From: Lama glama
Taxonomy: Eukaryota
Reading direction: 5' to 3'
Length of the DNA stretch: 64,000 nt
Assembly (NCBI GenBank): GCA_028534125.1
Contig: CM052817.1
Location: 83,392,001 to 83,456,000 of the forward strand
Shown: piece after piece, positions 41,657-55,589 of the stretch
Layout of the letters: the number at the start of each line of letters is the position of its first letter
Position numbering within the stretch: position 1 is the first letter of the stretch
Position numbers and translations under genes: made by a program
Notes under the pieces: model-generated
Seen by the model: the letters and a program-made list of their open reading frames with translations, nothing else
Told to the model about the DNA's origin: nothing
The model's database searches: none

Positions 41657-44600
41657 AAAATATGATGTCAAGATGTCTTTAAGTATGCTTAGATGACTTT
41701 TATGCATACCTATCTAATTACTTCCTGAGGGATTAATCTTCCAAAAGTCATCAGACAATTCTCTATCACATTGTAGTACCTTAACAGTTCACCAAATCAA
41801 TGCATTACACTGCCAACCTATAAACCATTATTTATCAAATGATAAATTATACATCAATTATTCACTGGAAATTTGTTTATAACAATATCTTAACAAATGA
41901 TGGTCAGTAGTGGCACCAAAAGTAAGATACATAAACTTACCTCACTGAAAATTCTACAGTAGCATTTGTAAGTTTCAAATTTTATTATTATTAAATTTTT
42001 AAGCATTACAAAGTTACCCTTATTTACTGCTGAAATTTATGCTTTTAAATTGTTCCTTTGTTGCTTCCCTTTAATTCCCTATACAAGACTCATAGTCCTA
42101 AATATAAATTATACAATATATAGGAAAACAATTACTGATTAATTATAGCAAAAAGTAATAATTTTCAGAGTTCCTCAAGTACTTATTAAGCTGTTTGCAT
42201 AGCCCAATGCTGACATTTGTAGAAAATGTTATTCAATAAAGAAACTGTAAGATTCTCCTTCTTTTACATGAGCAGTGGCTCATGTAAAGGCCAGCAGACT
42301 GTATTAATGTGTTTACTTTGTGAATCTGCTACAAAAAGGACTATCTGACAATTCCAAACAAGGATCATTATACACTGTGAAAAAATAAATCACACAAAAA
42401 AGAAGCAACTATTTTAGACATCATTCATACAAATGAAAAAAAATGTTATAGTTTATATTTTAATATCATGGTCCATATTTAAAAGGTATCATTTTAATCT
42501 GAGAAGTACTAGAATGTTTCAAACATTGGAATTTTAGAAAGAATAAAATTGTACATTCATAACACATCCTCACAAACCAAGTAAAAGGAAACAAAATCAC
42601 TGATAAAGAGCCAGACATATCATAAGAAGTGTCATGTCTCAGCTATTCTATTTACTATAAAGCATGAATAGTGTATTACCTACCTGTCTCATTTAAATTA
42701 ACAACATTTCTCTGACAGTAAATTCTATGGATTTTTTAAGGAGTTTTCCATTCCTTTTAGACTTCATCCATTTGCTTCATGAACTAACCCAGGAAATAAT
42801 TATTATTCTTCCATTTGCATTTTTTTAACTTTCTTATCAATGCTTTTGTTTTCTCATAACCGAAATGCACAGAATTCTTGCTTTGTGTTTGTAGGGTATT
42901 CAATAATCCCACTCAACACTTGGCATCACTCACCCCAACCTATCTTTACTAAGGCAGTAATCCCTTTCCTCAGAGGTGCTGCATCATTCTGACAATCTAG
43001 GCACTAGTTTGATTTCCTTCGCCAACACGACAAAGCAGAGAACGCTCTGCACTGCCTCACAAGCACCAGTCCAGTGAGACCAGGAGCTCAGCTCTCTCGT
43101 GGTACAATACCATTGTGAGAAAATAAAAAGGTCCATGTAATAATGTTTAGATTTTACAGATTCTCTATGAATTTTAATACTAAGAATCTCATTTAGAAGA
43201 AAATAAAAAGTAATTCAAAGAAACAACCAATTATCTTTTCCTATTAGGCTCTTGAGTTCACAATAGGCTACTCTAGAAAGTCTTCTTGACTGATTTTCCA
43301 AATCATGATAAAAGTGATATCCACTAACAGGTCTAAACAAAATGCATATTTCCAAGAAGCCAGATAAGAAAAATACACAAGATAGTTCATTTTTTTTCTG
43401 GATGTAACTATAAGAAAGGTTGGTTGAGTAACATTAAACTTGGCTCAATCATGTGATGGTCTCAGTTTGGGATAGAATTGAATTTATAATGTATGACAGC
43501 AGCGAAGTTGTAATGCACAATTATATAATTTATTTGAACAGTTGCTTCCTATATGTAAAGTAACATATTGCCCAGTTGCATTTTGGTTAAGATTAATCCT
43601 ACCATTATTCAGGGTAAAACAATTTTGTTGAAAACTGGAAATCCCGCAGAAAACATCTCTAAGTCTCTCTGATGAGTCCTGACATTGTTTCTTTTTATCT
43701 TGGAATACTATACAGCTGCATCCTCCTTTGTAAATGTTCCTGACCTACATTTAGCACATAGTAATTGTCTGGGAAAACATAACTATGTCTCACATATTTT
43801 ACAGATGAGATAACTACTGAGGCCATTCAGCCAGATTTCCATGAGCAAACAAAAAATACAATAAAATAAAACTCAGAAATGAGGAAAAGATAGAAGAAAA
43901 CAACATATCCTTGTTGGTATATTCCTTTCTAAACATTTAATATTATAAGGAAAACATAGTTTGAAGCAAATGGGTCTTTTTCTTTCTAATTTTATATCTC
44001 AGCTGATACCAAAGTAGAACTCCTACATATTTTAGTATCTATATAATTTATAAATATAAATACATAATATTTATGTAATTTAATAATATTCCCTCCCAGT
44101 TAAGTTATACTCCACAAGCATTTTATGGGCTGTGGAACAGTCTTACTCATAACCTTAACATTTTAGAACAAGTTGATGGATAAGCAATGTATTTTCTATA
44201 TTGATGCATAAATGATCTAGACCCCAGGATATATCTTCAAAGTTTGAAAATTTACACTGTCCAGTAAAAATCTGTCATTATCACCCTTTGAAAAGGTCCT
44301 GAAATTGTAACTATCTATGGCCAAATATCATTTTCTGAAACCCGTCCCCCAAGCGTGGATTTATGAATCCCACAGTTGGACAAAGGGAAATTATTCAAGG
44401 CAAAGTTTTCCAAATAGGCAGTTATCCAACAGACTGGAGCCAAGACAATTCTCTGGAGGTAATTGCACAGGTTCAACTACAGCTGTGTGGGAAGTATGGA
44501 CACCAATCAGCTCTGTAAAGAGTTTGAGTGTCTCCGGGAAGAACAAACTGGGAAGACTGTTTTTGTGTCCTAGGCTATTGGCTGACATAAAGTGAGGAGG

Positions 44601-44829
44601 AGACCTAAAACATTTGCATATCCATAGTATTTCTATCTCTAATTATATGGTTTACGTTATATAATATTACAATTATAGTATCATAACCTTTTTTGCAACT
44701 CTAGAGTATTCAAACAGGAAACCAAATAGTAGAAACGTAAGACTGGAAACACAATGCAACAATATCAGACACTTTCATGTAGTTACTGCAAAGAAAAATA
44801 AGTCTTTAATGTGCAATCTAGCTATATGT

Positions 44830-45010
44830 AAGCAATCTCATTTGATCCTCTGGATAGCCCAAGAGGTAAGTAGAGAAATTACTATGATCCTTTCATAGAC
44901 GAGGAAATTAAAGCTCAGAAAGGTTGATATATATTCAAAGGTACCCAGCTAGTAAATAAGGACTAAGGATTTAAACCAGGTATTCTTTTTTGAGAACCAG
45001 TGCTCTCTTC
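44830..45010 (-). mobile_element. MIR SINE
   Basis: tctcatttgatcctc...atagacgaggaaattaaagctcagaaagg...cccagctagtaaat. Confidence 0.75.
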
Positions 45011-46194
45011 ACACATGCCTTTTAGGGCAAGCTCTAGCTGAAAGAATGGAAAGTAGGCACTGTTCCTGCATAATTAGGAACACACACAAAAAAGGTCTTC
45101 CTCTCTATCTCCCTCAAAATTCCTACCATCTCCACTACCACTGCTTTACCCTACTTGATAAGTAGCACTGTTCTCTACTAAGTCTTATTTTTGGATGAAA
45201 GCATTAATGAGAGTTTTTAACATTTTAAGGTAATATTCCTTAATATGAATTACTTATTTTCATCAGATATCTTTTTTATTCCTCAGAATAAGAGAGACAG
45301 AACTGGCAATGTCTTCAAGATAAAGCAAAAAAACTGGTGGCATAAAACACAGAAAGTCATGGATGCCAAAACTGAAAATATTTACTAGTGTTGGCCCATT
45401 TGAAAAATCATACAATGAGAAGTATCTAAACATACTCCACTTTCCAGATGCCTTTGAAATCCAACCACAATTTAGCAGAAAGTTCTTATAGAATGAAATC
45501 AGCTATTTATGCCCACGTTACCATGTATTTTGAGTCCACCACTTAACCAGAGCAAATGTATTATGTTTATTTAACATCTGTCTTTTGAATTTCACTGTGT
45601 GCCATATATTGTTATAAAATTCTGGGGTTGAAAGTACAACTAAGATAATATCCTTGCATTCAAGAAACCTGTAATGAAGCAAGGTAGACAAATAACATCT
45701 GTGATTATATCCTTTGTAAACTCAATTTGTTGAATGACAAGAGAAAATTAACCTGACACCGTCGATGATCCCTCAGTGAAGCTCTCTCCTCCATTTGCTT
45801 ATAAGTCTGGGTGCTTTCCCCCATTAACTGTCAGCTTCCCCTCAGATACTTTGTGGGTTCCTTGTTGTTCTGCTCATCTCTTAAATGCCAGTGTTCCTCA
45901 GTAATCTATCTAGTTCCTCTCTTCTCCCGCAATACAGCCTCTCCCTGGGTTCTCTCATATTTATAAGTTGATGACCCCCAGTCACTGTTTCCTTCATCTG
46001 ACACCAGTCCTATATATCTACCTGCTTACCAGATATCTCCATTGTGGATGTTTTAGATATTTCATTCCCAAAATGGCTCTACTTTCTCAATTCCCTAGCC
46101 AGTGATTGGCAGTATCACCCAAATAGGACCTCAAACCCACGTATTAGCTTTTTTTATCCCAAAATTTCACTCACTTAATACATTTGATTAAAAG

Positions 46195-48360
46195 TAACTT
46201 CATTCATTTATTTATTCATCCAGTCATGTGTTAAGTGTCTATTTGGAACCATGTAGTTTGCCAGACACTAGGGTGCCATGCTGACCTAATCACTGTCCTT
46301 ACAGAGCTCATAGTCTAATCCACAGATAAATAAATAGGTAAATATAATACACTGTTATAAATGCCATGATGGCATAGACACAAGGTGCCCTAAGACACAC
46401 CTGGACTTGAGGTAGGGGTGGGGAACAGAAAGGAGGCTTTCTAAAGGAAGACAGATCTAAGATGAAATCCAGAAAATGAGCAAGAGTTAGATAAGTAGGA
46501 GTGGGAAGAAAAGACCATGTGCAAAATCATGAAATTCAGAGAATATATCACTGGAAAATGAATGGAAAAAACTTCCGTATGTCTAGGGCTTAGAATAAAA
46601 GAGGTTAAGTGATAAATGCTGAGTGTCAAGAAGCAGACAGAGCCCATGCTTAAAAGTTTAGGTTTAGGCTATAAGAACAACAAGTCACTGAGGGATTTTA
46701 AATAGGTGAATAATAGGTGCATTTGAATATATCCAAAGAGGGAAAGAGTAAGGCATGGAGATGAATACAAGGCTCTTGCATTAATCCAGATGACAGCTAG
46801 ATGTCAACTTAACCTAGGAAAATAGCAACACAGATAAAAGTTGGCAGATCAGAGAAAGAAGCCTTTTAAAAGGTGGAACAAACAGGATCTAATTATCTTT
46901 AGATATGGAACATAAAGGAGAACGACGAGTCAACAACGATGTTCCAGTTTCTCCTTTGAATAACTGGATGATATTTAACAAGACTGGAAACAACAGAGGA
47001 TAAGCAGTCTTGTGGGAAGAGATGATAAGATGTGTTGTCTTGAAATACTTATAGATAGCCAAGTGAAAACATCTAACAGACAATTGGATATATTGGTCTA
47101 GCGTTCGAAGATGACTGCTGAGAATACACTGCCTGGGAATCATCAGCATATAGCTGGTATTTTAAGCCACGAGAACAGATGATCTAGTAAAAGAACTTCA
47201 GAATAAAATGGGAGAAGGCTGCAGGAGAGACTCCTTTGGGAAAGAGTCCTGCAAAGAGGCATAAGAAAAAAAACACCCAAAAACAAAAAAAAAGAAAGTG
47301 TGTCAAGGTCAGAAATGTCAAATATCATAAAGAGGCCAAATAACATAAGGATTGAGGCATGTCTCTTGGCTTTAGCAAAGTCACTAGTGACTTTGGAGAG
47401 AAAAGTTTCAGCCAGGCCAACAAACTAATGGAGGAGTGATGGTAGATGCCAGATCTCAGTGAGTTAGGGAAGGAACAGGTGAGGCAACAAGGGTAAGCAA
47501 TTCTTTCAAGATGTCTGGCTGCAATGGAGTGAAAAGAGATCAAGAGAATCTAGAAGTGAATGAGAGATCTAAGTATGGTGTGTTTACAAAATGGGAGAAA
47601 CTTCTACCATATTTAAATTCTGACAGAATGTATTAGGAGGAGAAAGGGAGTAATTCATTGAGCAAGGTCCCTGAGAAGATGGTTCCTAAGAACGTGGTAG
47701 GGGATGAGATCCAGAGCTCAGGTAGAGGGATAATACTCAAGAAAGGATACTTTCTGAAATATAACAGGAGGACATGAGTAAAAGATGGGTATAGTGTAAA
47801 TTTTCTTTGACACATGTGTATCTGTTAAGAGAGAAGTAGTTGGAGGATGGCATAAGTGCCTGAAGTCCAAAGAGAATGGAAAAGTTTTTAAAGAACTATT
47901 GTGTAGAACTAAAAAAGTATAATAAAAAGATTGCCAAGCCATGTAAAATGTAAGGAAGTTTAGGGAACTATTTAAGAGTGGATGAGATGATGAACTAGAG
48001 AAATTAAAGAGGATGAGGTAGACACAGGAAAGGCAGGAAGTGACCCATAAAAAGACAAGCACTAGAGGTCCACATGAGGGGAAAAATATAGGAAATAATG
48101 AAGGATAAGAAGTGGTAAGAAGGTTTATTACTTCTGGGAAGAAATGTTAGGTTATGATAAAGTCCAGCATGTGACCATGGAAAAGAATGAAGAAGTGAAA
48201 AGAAAAGTGAAGTTGTCTGTTTTCTGGAGCCAAGTAAATAAAAGAAGGAGATGGTGAACTGTCTGTAGACAGGAACACTGTAGTCCCCTAAGATGACACA
48301 ACTGAAAGAGAAAAGAACACAATGAGCCAGAAAAGTGAGTCTAAAGGGCCTCAAATGCCA
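46195..48360 (-). mobile_element. Long degraded L2 LINE fragment
   Basis: ttcattcatttatttattcatccag tail followed by purine-rich L2-like body (agacaattggatatattggtct; gagaatacactgcctgggaatcatcagcata). Confidence 0.75.
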
Positions 48361-48804
48361 CACTCAAATAAGAATTATATCTAATGTTTTAATTTGTTCT
48401 AGACTTAAACATACTGTATTGGATACCAAGCCTAAGTTTGTAATTCAAAGTAAAACAATTCCTCCTCTCAAAATCTATTTAAAGTCTCTTGAACTAGGTT
48501 AAAAAACAAACAAACAAACAAAAAAAAAACCCTAGATCTTGGGGGAAAAAATCCAGACTATATTGGCTATTTCGCCAATGGATATAAGTATCTGGAGGTG
48601 GTGGGGGGTCCTGAATATATGTGAAAATATTATTTCCAGTTGTCATTTTGTTAAATATTTCCAAGTAGCATTCTCATTTTTATAAAACTGTTATTTTTCA
48701 CCAAGCACAATAAACGACCTTGCAAAAAGAAGTTTGGCTAAAATTGTTTAAATAATTCTCACTTCACACTAACATTGATCAAAGAACCCAGAATTTATGT
48801 TTTT

Positions 48805-49575
48805 AGTTAGGACTGTTTTTAGCTGCAAGTAATAGAAAACCCGACTAACAGCAGCTAGAATAAAAAGGGGGTTATTTTTCTCAAACAAAAAAGAGATAAA
48901 GAAGCCAGTGCTGGTACAAATCTTCGAAGATCCAGGCCCCTTCTCTCCTACCTCACTACACTTGGCACATTGGCTTGTTGCAAAATTGCTTCCACAGCTT
49001 TGCTCATCCTTCATTCAAGGCAGGAAGAAGAAAGAGAGGAGCACTACACAGCTATATTTGTCCTTTCATCTAAGAAAACAAAAAGCTTTCCCTGAAGCCT
49101 CTGCAGCTAACTTCCCTCAGGTCTCTGTGCCCCAAAAGGGATCACAAGGCTACAATTAGCTATGCAGAAATCTGGGAAGTAGGGGCAGAAATACCATGAT
49201 TAGCTCTGACCGGTAGTTCCCAACCAGTGGTTCTCCCCCAGGCCCTAGGGAATGTTTTATCATGTGTCAGGACATTTTGATTATCACAATGATGAGAAGG
49301 AGGCCAATGCCATGACTGGCATCTAGTGCCTAGAGGTAAGAGATGCCAAAAACACTGAAATGTTAGGAACAATCCCCTACAATGGACATATGCACTGCCC
49401 AAAACACCAAAATGCTTCCACTAAGAAACACTGACTCAGATCAGTTGTGACAAGTCACTGAATTGGGCACATTGCTACTACAAACAAAAGCTGTGCTCCG
49501 TTAGCAAAAAATGTGGAGAGTGGGGACAGGGAGGAGGATGAGATGAATATTGGGCACAATTGACAGTGTCTGCAG
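48805..49575 (-). mobile_element. MLT1-type LTR interrupted by a MER20-like element (~49225-49434)
   Basis: ttagttaggactgtttttagctgcaagtaatagaaaaccc; insert cagtggttctc...ggcatctagtgcctagagg...aagaaacactg. Confidence 0.7.
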
Positions 49576-51479
49576 CAACTTCTGGTGCTCACAATTATTT
49601 TAATTTTTCATTATGGAAAAATTCCAACATATACAAAGTAAAAAGAACAGTGAATTCCCATGTACCCATCATTCAGCTTCAACAGTTATCAACATTCTTC
49701 CATTTGTTTCACCTTTCCCAGTTTGTTTGTTTTTTTAATTTTAGTTATTGATCAAGGTTTCCAAGCAAGTTAAAAATAAGAGAAAGCTTAATTGGATAAC
49801 CAGGAGAGATACTGTCACTTATATCTAATTTAAATCTAATTGTTTTTACATGTTCTACTACTAACAAAGCAAACTAAATTAAAAGAATAACTTCAGTTGG
49901 AGGCATATAAAATTTAAGTGAAAATATCTGGTGAATCCAATTGTACATGAAAGGGGAAAATGCCTTTATTATTCGCAATGCTCCTGACTTCTAAGAAGAG
50001 GGGAGTCACAATGAAGTTCCTCTGTCGGCTGATTAGGTCATTGAGTGAGAAGGTAAAAAAAAAATCAGAGAATCCAAAAGAACTGTAATTACAATCCTTA
50101 AAAAAAAAAGGATTGATGTGAAGAGAAAAATCTAAGCGGGAAAAGAAGCTAAGACTCACTACATGTAGCTTAGAAGCTGTTGGGGTGAAGTTGTGAGGTA
50201 GTGAGGAAATGTAATATGGATTGCACCAGAAAAAGAACTCTGGAAAATTAACAAGGGGATATGTACTAAGTTTTGCATATATATGTAGTATATATTGTTC
50301 TCCTCTCTCCATGAAATCTTCAAAAAATTTCTATTTTTCATTAATGCATTATAGAATTGGATATATATGGGGGAAGCCTTGAAGAGTTGAGTCTTGCTTT
50401 AAAACAGTCTTCCCAGAAGGATACTACCACATTAAAATTATATTTATATGTACATTAAAATTATATTTATATGTGTTAGAGATATTTTAAAAGTATATCT
50501 TACTTTTCCCTTAATTATGTCACACAAGTAATATAGTAAAATATATATACTTAGCATATAGAATAACAACATATAGGAAATAAAGTCTACTGAAACACTA
50601 CCTCCAGTAATGAGCAATATAAGCATTTCATTGATTTTTTTATGCAAATATATATTTTTAAATGTTTACCAAAAATGGGAGCATGTTAACATATATAGTT
50701 TATAATCTGTGAAAAGTTATTTCTTACAGAACAGTAGTGTTCCATTCACACAACAGGGAGGAATTAATATCCATGTTTAAAATTTTTGAGATTTCTCCAA
50801 GTGTGAAGTTTCCCTACCGCCATGCAGAAAGAAGGGGCTTTACATTGTTAAATAGCTCGTTAAAGAAAACCTATTTATTTATAACTAATGTGCATTTCTA
50901 AAATAATATCAAGAGTAGAAATTAGCCCCTTAAATAAGTGTCATTAGCACTGATGGAATGTTTGTTCAGAGACACAACAAAACATCAAACCCGATCTTTC
51001 AGTGTTTTTGTTTTGCTTTGTTTTTTCAGTAGTTGCATGTATTAGATTGCCGCCAAAACAATTATACCCATTTTTGCATTTTTAGACCCACAATGTCATA
51101 GAATCCTGATATTCCAATCCATACATTTGAGCTATAAAAAGAAAAAAACAGGAGGGGAAAAATTATTCCTTTGGGGAAATCATGGATGAAATAATACATA
51201 TGAATGTAGGTAAAGAAGATATATGGTGAGAGATAAGTGAGAACCAAGTATAAAAATAAAGTATTTTCTGAAATAGGAGGTGGGGATTCGCTATACAAAT
51301 ACCACTACCTATTCAACCAAGATTAATTCTAGGCGAGTCATTAACTTCTTACATATTCTTAATCTTGAAGTTATAAAAAATAAACTAATCCATAGTTATT
51401 AAATAATTTGTGACTCTGAGGAAACTATTGCAAATTCTGCAGTTTACCTAGGCTATATATAAGGGATCATTCAGGTATC

Positions 51480-52150
51480 ATTTGTGGTATGCCAGATACT
51501 GTCCTAGATACAATTTAGTGAAAACGGTTTCCTGCCTCAAGGAATTCAGACTCTAGAGAAGACTAATATGTAAACAACTAAGTGAATAAACTTTTATAGT
51601 GGAAATAATAGAAGTATATAAAGAACCAAGTATACCCAGAGATCATGAAACAACTTCTTAAATGAGTCTTAAAAGGAGAATATGGATTCCACAATTGGGC
51701 AGGGAAAAATGGGCATTCCGAGCTAAGTAAAGAGATGAAATAAAAAGCAAAGAAGTATGATATAACATGATGCTTTACAGGATCTTCAAGTAATCCTATG
51801 ACTAAAGCATAGAATGCAAGGAAGATTATGGTACAAGATGATACAACAGAGAGGCAGGGTGCAGCTAATGGAGAGCCACATTGACACATTTGTATCATGT
51901 CATACAGTTATGAAGCCACTGTAGCATTTTTAATTGACAAGTAACACGATCAGATCTTAGAAAGATTTAGCTGGTAGCAGTATTGAGGATGAAATGGAGA
52001 CATATCAACCAAGATAAGGGAAATCAACTAAAGTAGTCCAGGTCAAGTGACAATATGCTGAACTTCTCTTTGGAGTAGCAAGAATGGAAAACAGGTAGAT
52101 TTATATAAGTGATGTCAATAAGATGTTAACAAAGGAGAATCAGTTGGACT
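51480..52150 (-). mobile_element. L2 fragment
   Basis: tatgccagatactgtcctagatac...cctgcctcaaggaattcagactctag; cacgatcagatcttagaaagat. Confidence 0.6.
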
Positions 52151-52164
52151 GTTACTAAACCTGG

Positions 52165-52372
52165 CCTTAGTTCAGATCCAGCTCTCCCACCTACCAGCTG
52201 TATGACCTTAACTAATTAACATGATTCTCAACTCAGATTTCTCCTTGACTCTAAAATAAAAATAATTCCTAATTCACAGAGTTGTTGTGAGAATTCAGTA
52301 AATCACTGAAATATATTGAATGCCCATCATAGTGTTAAATCAGTTATTTTTATCATCATCATCATCATCATC
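52165..52372 (+). mobile_element. MIR SINE ending in (ATC)n
   Basis: gttcagatccagctctcccacctaccagctgtatgacctt...cacagagttgttgtgagaatt. Confidence 0.75.
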
Positions 52373-52454
52373 AAAGAAATGAACGTAAAGTTAGTCCCAA
52401 GGTTCCTATGTTTGTTATGTGAAGATGAATATTTACTTACAGATGTAAAATAAA

Positions 52455-52830
52455 AATGTTCCCATTACCCAGGAAATTACAAGGGACATAGGAGGTCTGT
52501 GTCAGGAGGCAAGGATAAAGACCAGATATAAGAACAAAAGATGCTCCTGTCAAATTAAAGCATTTCCTGAGTTCTGTAAGTCATTCTAACAAATTATCCC
52601 ACCTGAGGAAGCAGTCATGAGAACATCCAATATACAGATGGCAGGTCAGAAGTATGGATGGCAACCTGAGACTTGCTACTGGCATCTGAAGTGGGGGCAG
52701 TCTTACGAAACTGAGCCCTTAATCTGTGGGGTCTGTGCTAACTCTCAGTAGTTAGTGTCAGAATTGAACTAAATTGCAGGACACCCAGTTGGTGTCAGAG
52801 AATTGGACAACTGGTTGTTCAGTGAAGGGA
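52455..52830. mobile_element. MER21-like LTR fragments
   Basis: ctgagttctgtaag...ggcatctgaagtgggggcagtctt...ttagtgtcagaattgaactaaattgcaggacacccagttggtgtc. Confidence 0.8.
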
Positions 52831-54427
52831 AAAGTTGTTAGTAAAGACAGTTTAGAAAAGAGAATAGCTAATGCAAATGCTGAGTATCAAACAGAAGTTT
52901 CAAGGGCTTTAGGATATTTTCTATTTGCACAGTTAATCCCTAATAGCTATATGGTCTCCAAATGATATATTCTACAAAAATGACTCCTTTCATTCAACTC
53001 CCCTTTTTCACATTATTATGATATAATTTTTTGCAGAGTTTTTTCTACATATGGTTCTTTGTATTTACAATACATTGCAGAATTATTTCCATTGAATCCT
53101 ATGATCAATATTATAAATAGAACAGCCTCTTTTTTTTTCTAATTTCTTCTCATTACCCAGCTAGCATCATAAATAGAAGGTCATATCTTTGTACGGGAGA
53201 GCCTGTAGACAAAGCATACTTTTATTCCATGTTTGACAGACATAACAATGTATCTATTCTGCAATCATGTTTAGTACTGAATTCAGGTGAAATACATATT
53301 CTTTTTCCCTAATATATAAAACTTAAATTGGCACAGCCAGAGGCTATCTATCCTGAGTCTTCTCAGCCTAAGCTGAGTTAATTCTCTTCCAGTTCTTTTT
53401 ATCCAGTGCTCTCAGCCTGGGTACCATGGCTCTAAATTCCTAATTGCTACAAAATAATTTTCTTCTCTTCAGCTAAGCCTGGTAATATACCTCGAACAGA
53501 TGACCTCAAGAATATGATTGGTAAAATGTAAAAGCTCAGTCTGAGAATAATTTTACATATTTTAAATGACCCTAATAGAAATCACAACAGCACCTTCACC
53601 CTTGCAAGGGCAGTAAAAAAGACAATAATAATATGCCTAAGCTTAAAACAATATATCTAAAATGAACTGTTTCCTTCTTGTTAAAGTTATCTTTCCATCT
53701 TCATACATCCCCAGCAAATAATCACTGTTCAAGATTTCAAACCCAAAATTATTTCCCTTTAATTTTAGAGAAATGACCAGATTTGGATTCTGCTGGGTTT
53801 GTTATGGGAAGGGTGTACTTTAAGACGGGGGGAAAGGGAAAGATGTTTCCTTTTTCAGTGCCTGCTTTATTCTTCAGAGTAATTTCAAAATCTTCTTATA
53901 ACATCTTTATTTAAATAATCAAATCCTAAAGCCTGGTCTCTTTAAGTTTTAACATATAAAAGTAATTGGAGCTCTTCTTGAATAATTACCACTAAAACTG
54001 ACTAGTCATTTATTCTAGGCAGATTTTCTCACATAGATTAAGGTCATGGTAGAAAATAAAGTTACATCTATAAAAACCACACCAAGATTAGAAGACAGCA
54101 ACTACAGATACACATGCCAGTTGCAGCTAAAGAGAGTAGAGCTGCAACTGCCTTAAGTTAAAGAAGTCAAAAAACCCAAATTTTCCAAAAATATAGTAAA
54201 AATAAACTTTCAGCTTGTAGAGGGAACCTCCTCCTGCATATAGGTGAAGAAAGAGGAGTACTCAGAGGAACATGTTCCTACAGTCTTGGGCATTTTCTAT
54301 AGTCATAATGTTTTAATCACAACTAAGTCACCCTCACTCTCCTTTCTATCAAGAACATTTATTTATGACCTGGTTGGATGATTGGAGAGTACAGTTCATG
54401 GTGGTTCTGGACATTTTTTTCTAATAA

Positions 54428-55022
54428 TGAGATAGAAAGGAAGGAGACAGGGCACAACCTTTGAAAGAACGACACAGCCATTGAGGATACAACAAAAACT
54501 GTGTAGAACCTATTAGGTCCAAGAAGGTGAAAGATTCAACTTCCCATAGACCTTGAGCCTCTTTAGACACTCATTATAATACATTAGCGTGCTAAATGGC
54601 ACACCCACAGGCACCATAACAGTTCTAAGGCAGCCCATAAAAGGCCAAAAAGTGAGCAGTGCCCCAATTCCTAGTAATCCCCACACCTTTCCCAAAATGA
54701 TTGGAATGATCTTCCCACTTGTTCACATATGAAATTATCCAACCCATAAAAACTAACTCAAAGCCCCAACTCGCAAAGCTCTTCCTTCTGAGATGCTCTG
54801 CATTGCCCATGGAACGTGTATCTCCTAGAGCCGCTCGCCTTCTGAGACCGCAGCACTCTATGGAGCGTTTATCTCCCTGAAGAAACCTGCTTTCACTTTA
54901 CTATGGCTTGCTTTTGAATTCCTTCCTGCACAAGCCAAAGGGCCCTGACTTTGCGGGGCACATCCCAGGGACTCGCCCGAGACCTAGGACATGACCATCC
55001 TCTTACATTCCCTTTTCCTGCA
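54428..55022 (+). mobile_element. Intact solo ERV1 LTR, MER41-like
   Basis: TG...CA ends with 4-bp flanking repeat ataa (54424-54427, 55023-55026); cattagcgtgctaaatggcacacccacaggcaccataacagtt and ctttcactttactatggcttgcttttgaattccttcctg resemble MER41. Confidence 0.8.
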
Positions 55023-55589
55023 ATAAATAGTAAGACTGCTCATATTAATTAGTCCTCAAAATTATTCTCAATATATGGAATTACAGGCCAGTCTACCCTT
55101 TCCTAATTCCAATTCGATTTATGAATGAGGCACTGAGTCATAAATGGAGAATATGTCAAGGCAACAGTCTCTCTGAATACTTAATGGTAGCTACATTATT
55201 CAAAAAGGCTTCCCAAAATACAGGCATGACTGAAAAAGAGGAAGCCTGATGCACCCAGGAGAGGTATAAAGCAGACAGTTGTGGCAGTAAAGGGGCCAGA
55301 AGTAACATTTGAGAAAAGGGAGGAGGAAGGTGAAGAGTACAATCAAGTTAAAGCCATTGAATATTTGAAAATTTGAGAAAACGTTCAACATACAGCATTA
55401 AGTATAAAAACTAAGACAGGAAATTGTATATACACCATGACCTTTTTGATATAATTGTGTATTTTCTCGAAGAAAACATTATCAAAAAAGATACTGAGGA
55501 TTTTTTTTTGCTAGATTAATGTTGTTCCCCTTTTTCATTCCACTTTTCTATATTTTTAATACAAACTGTGCTTTGTGAGATTGTAAAAG

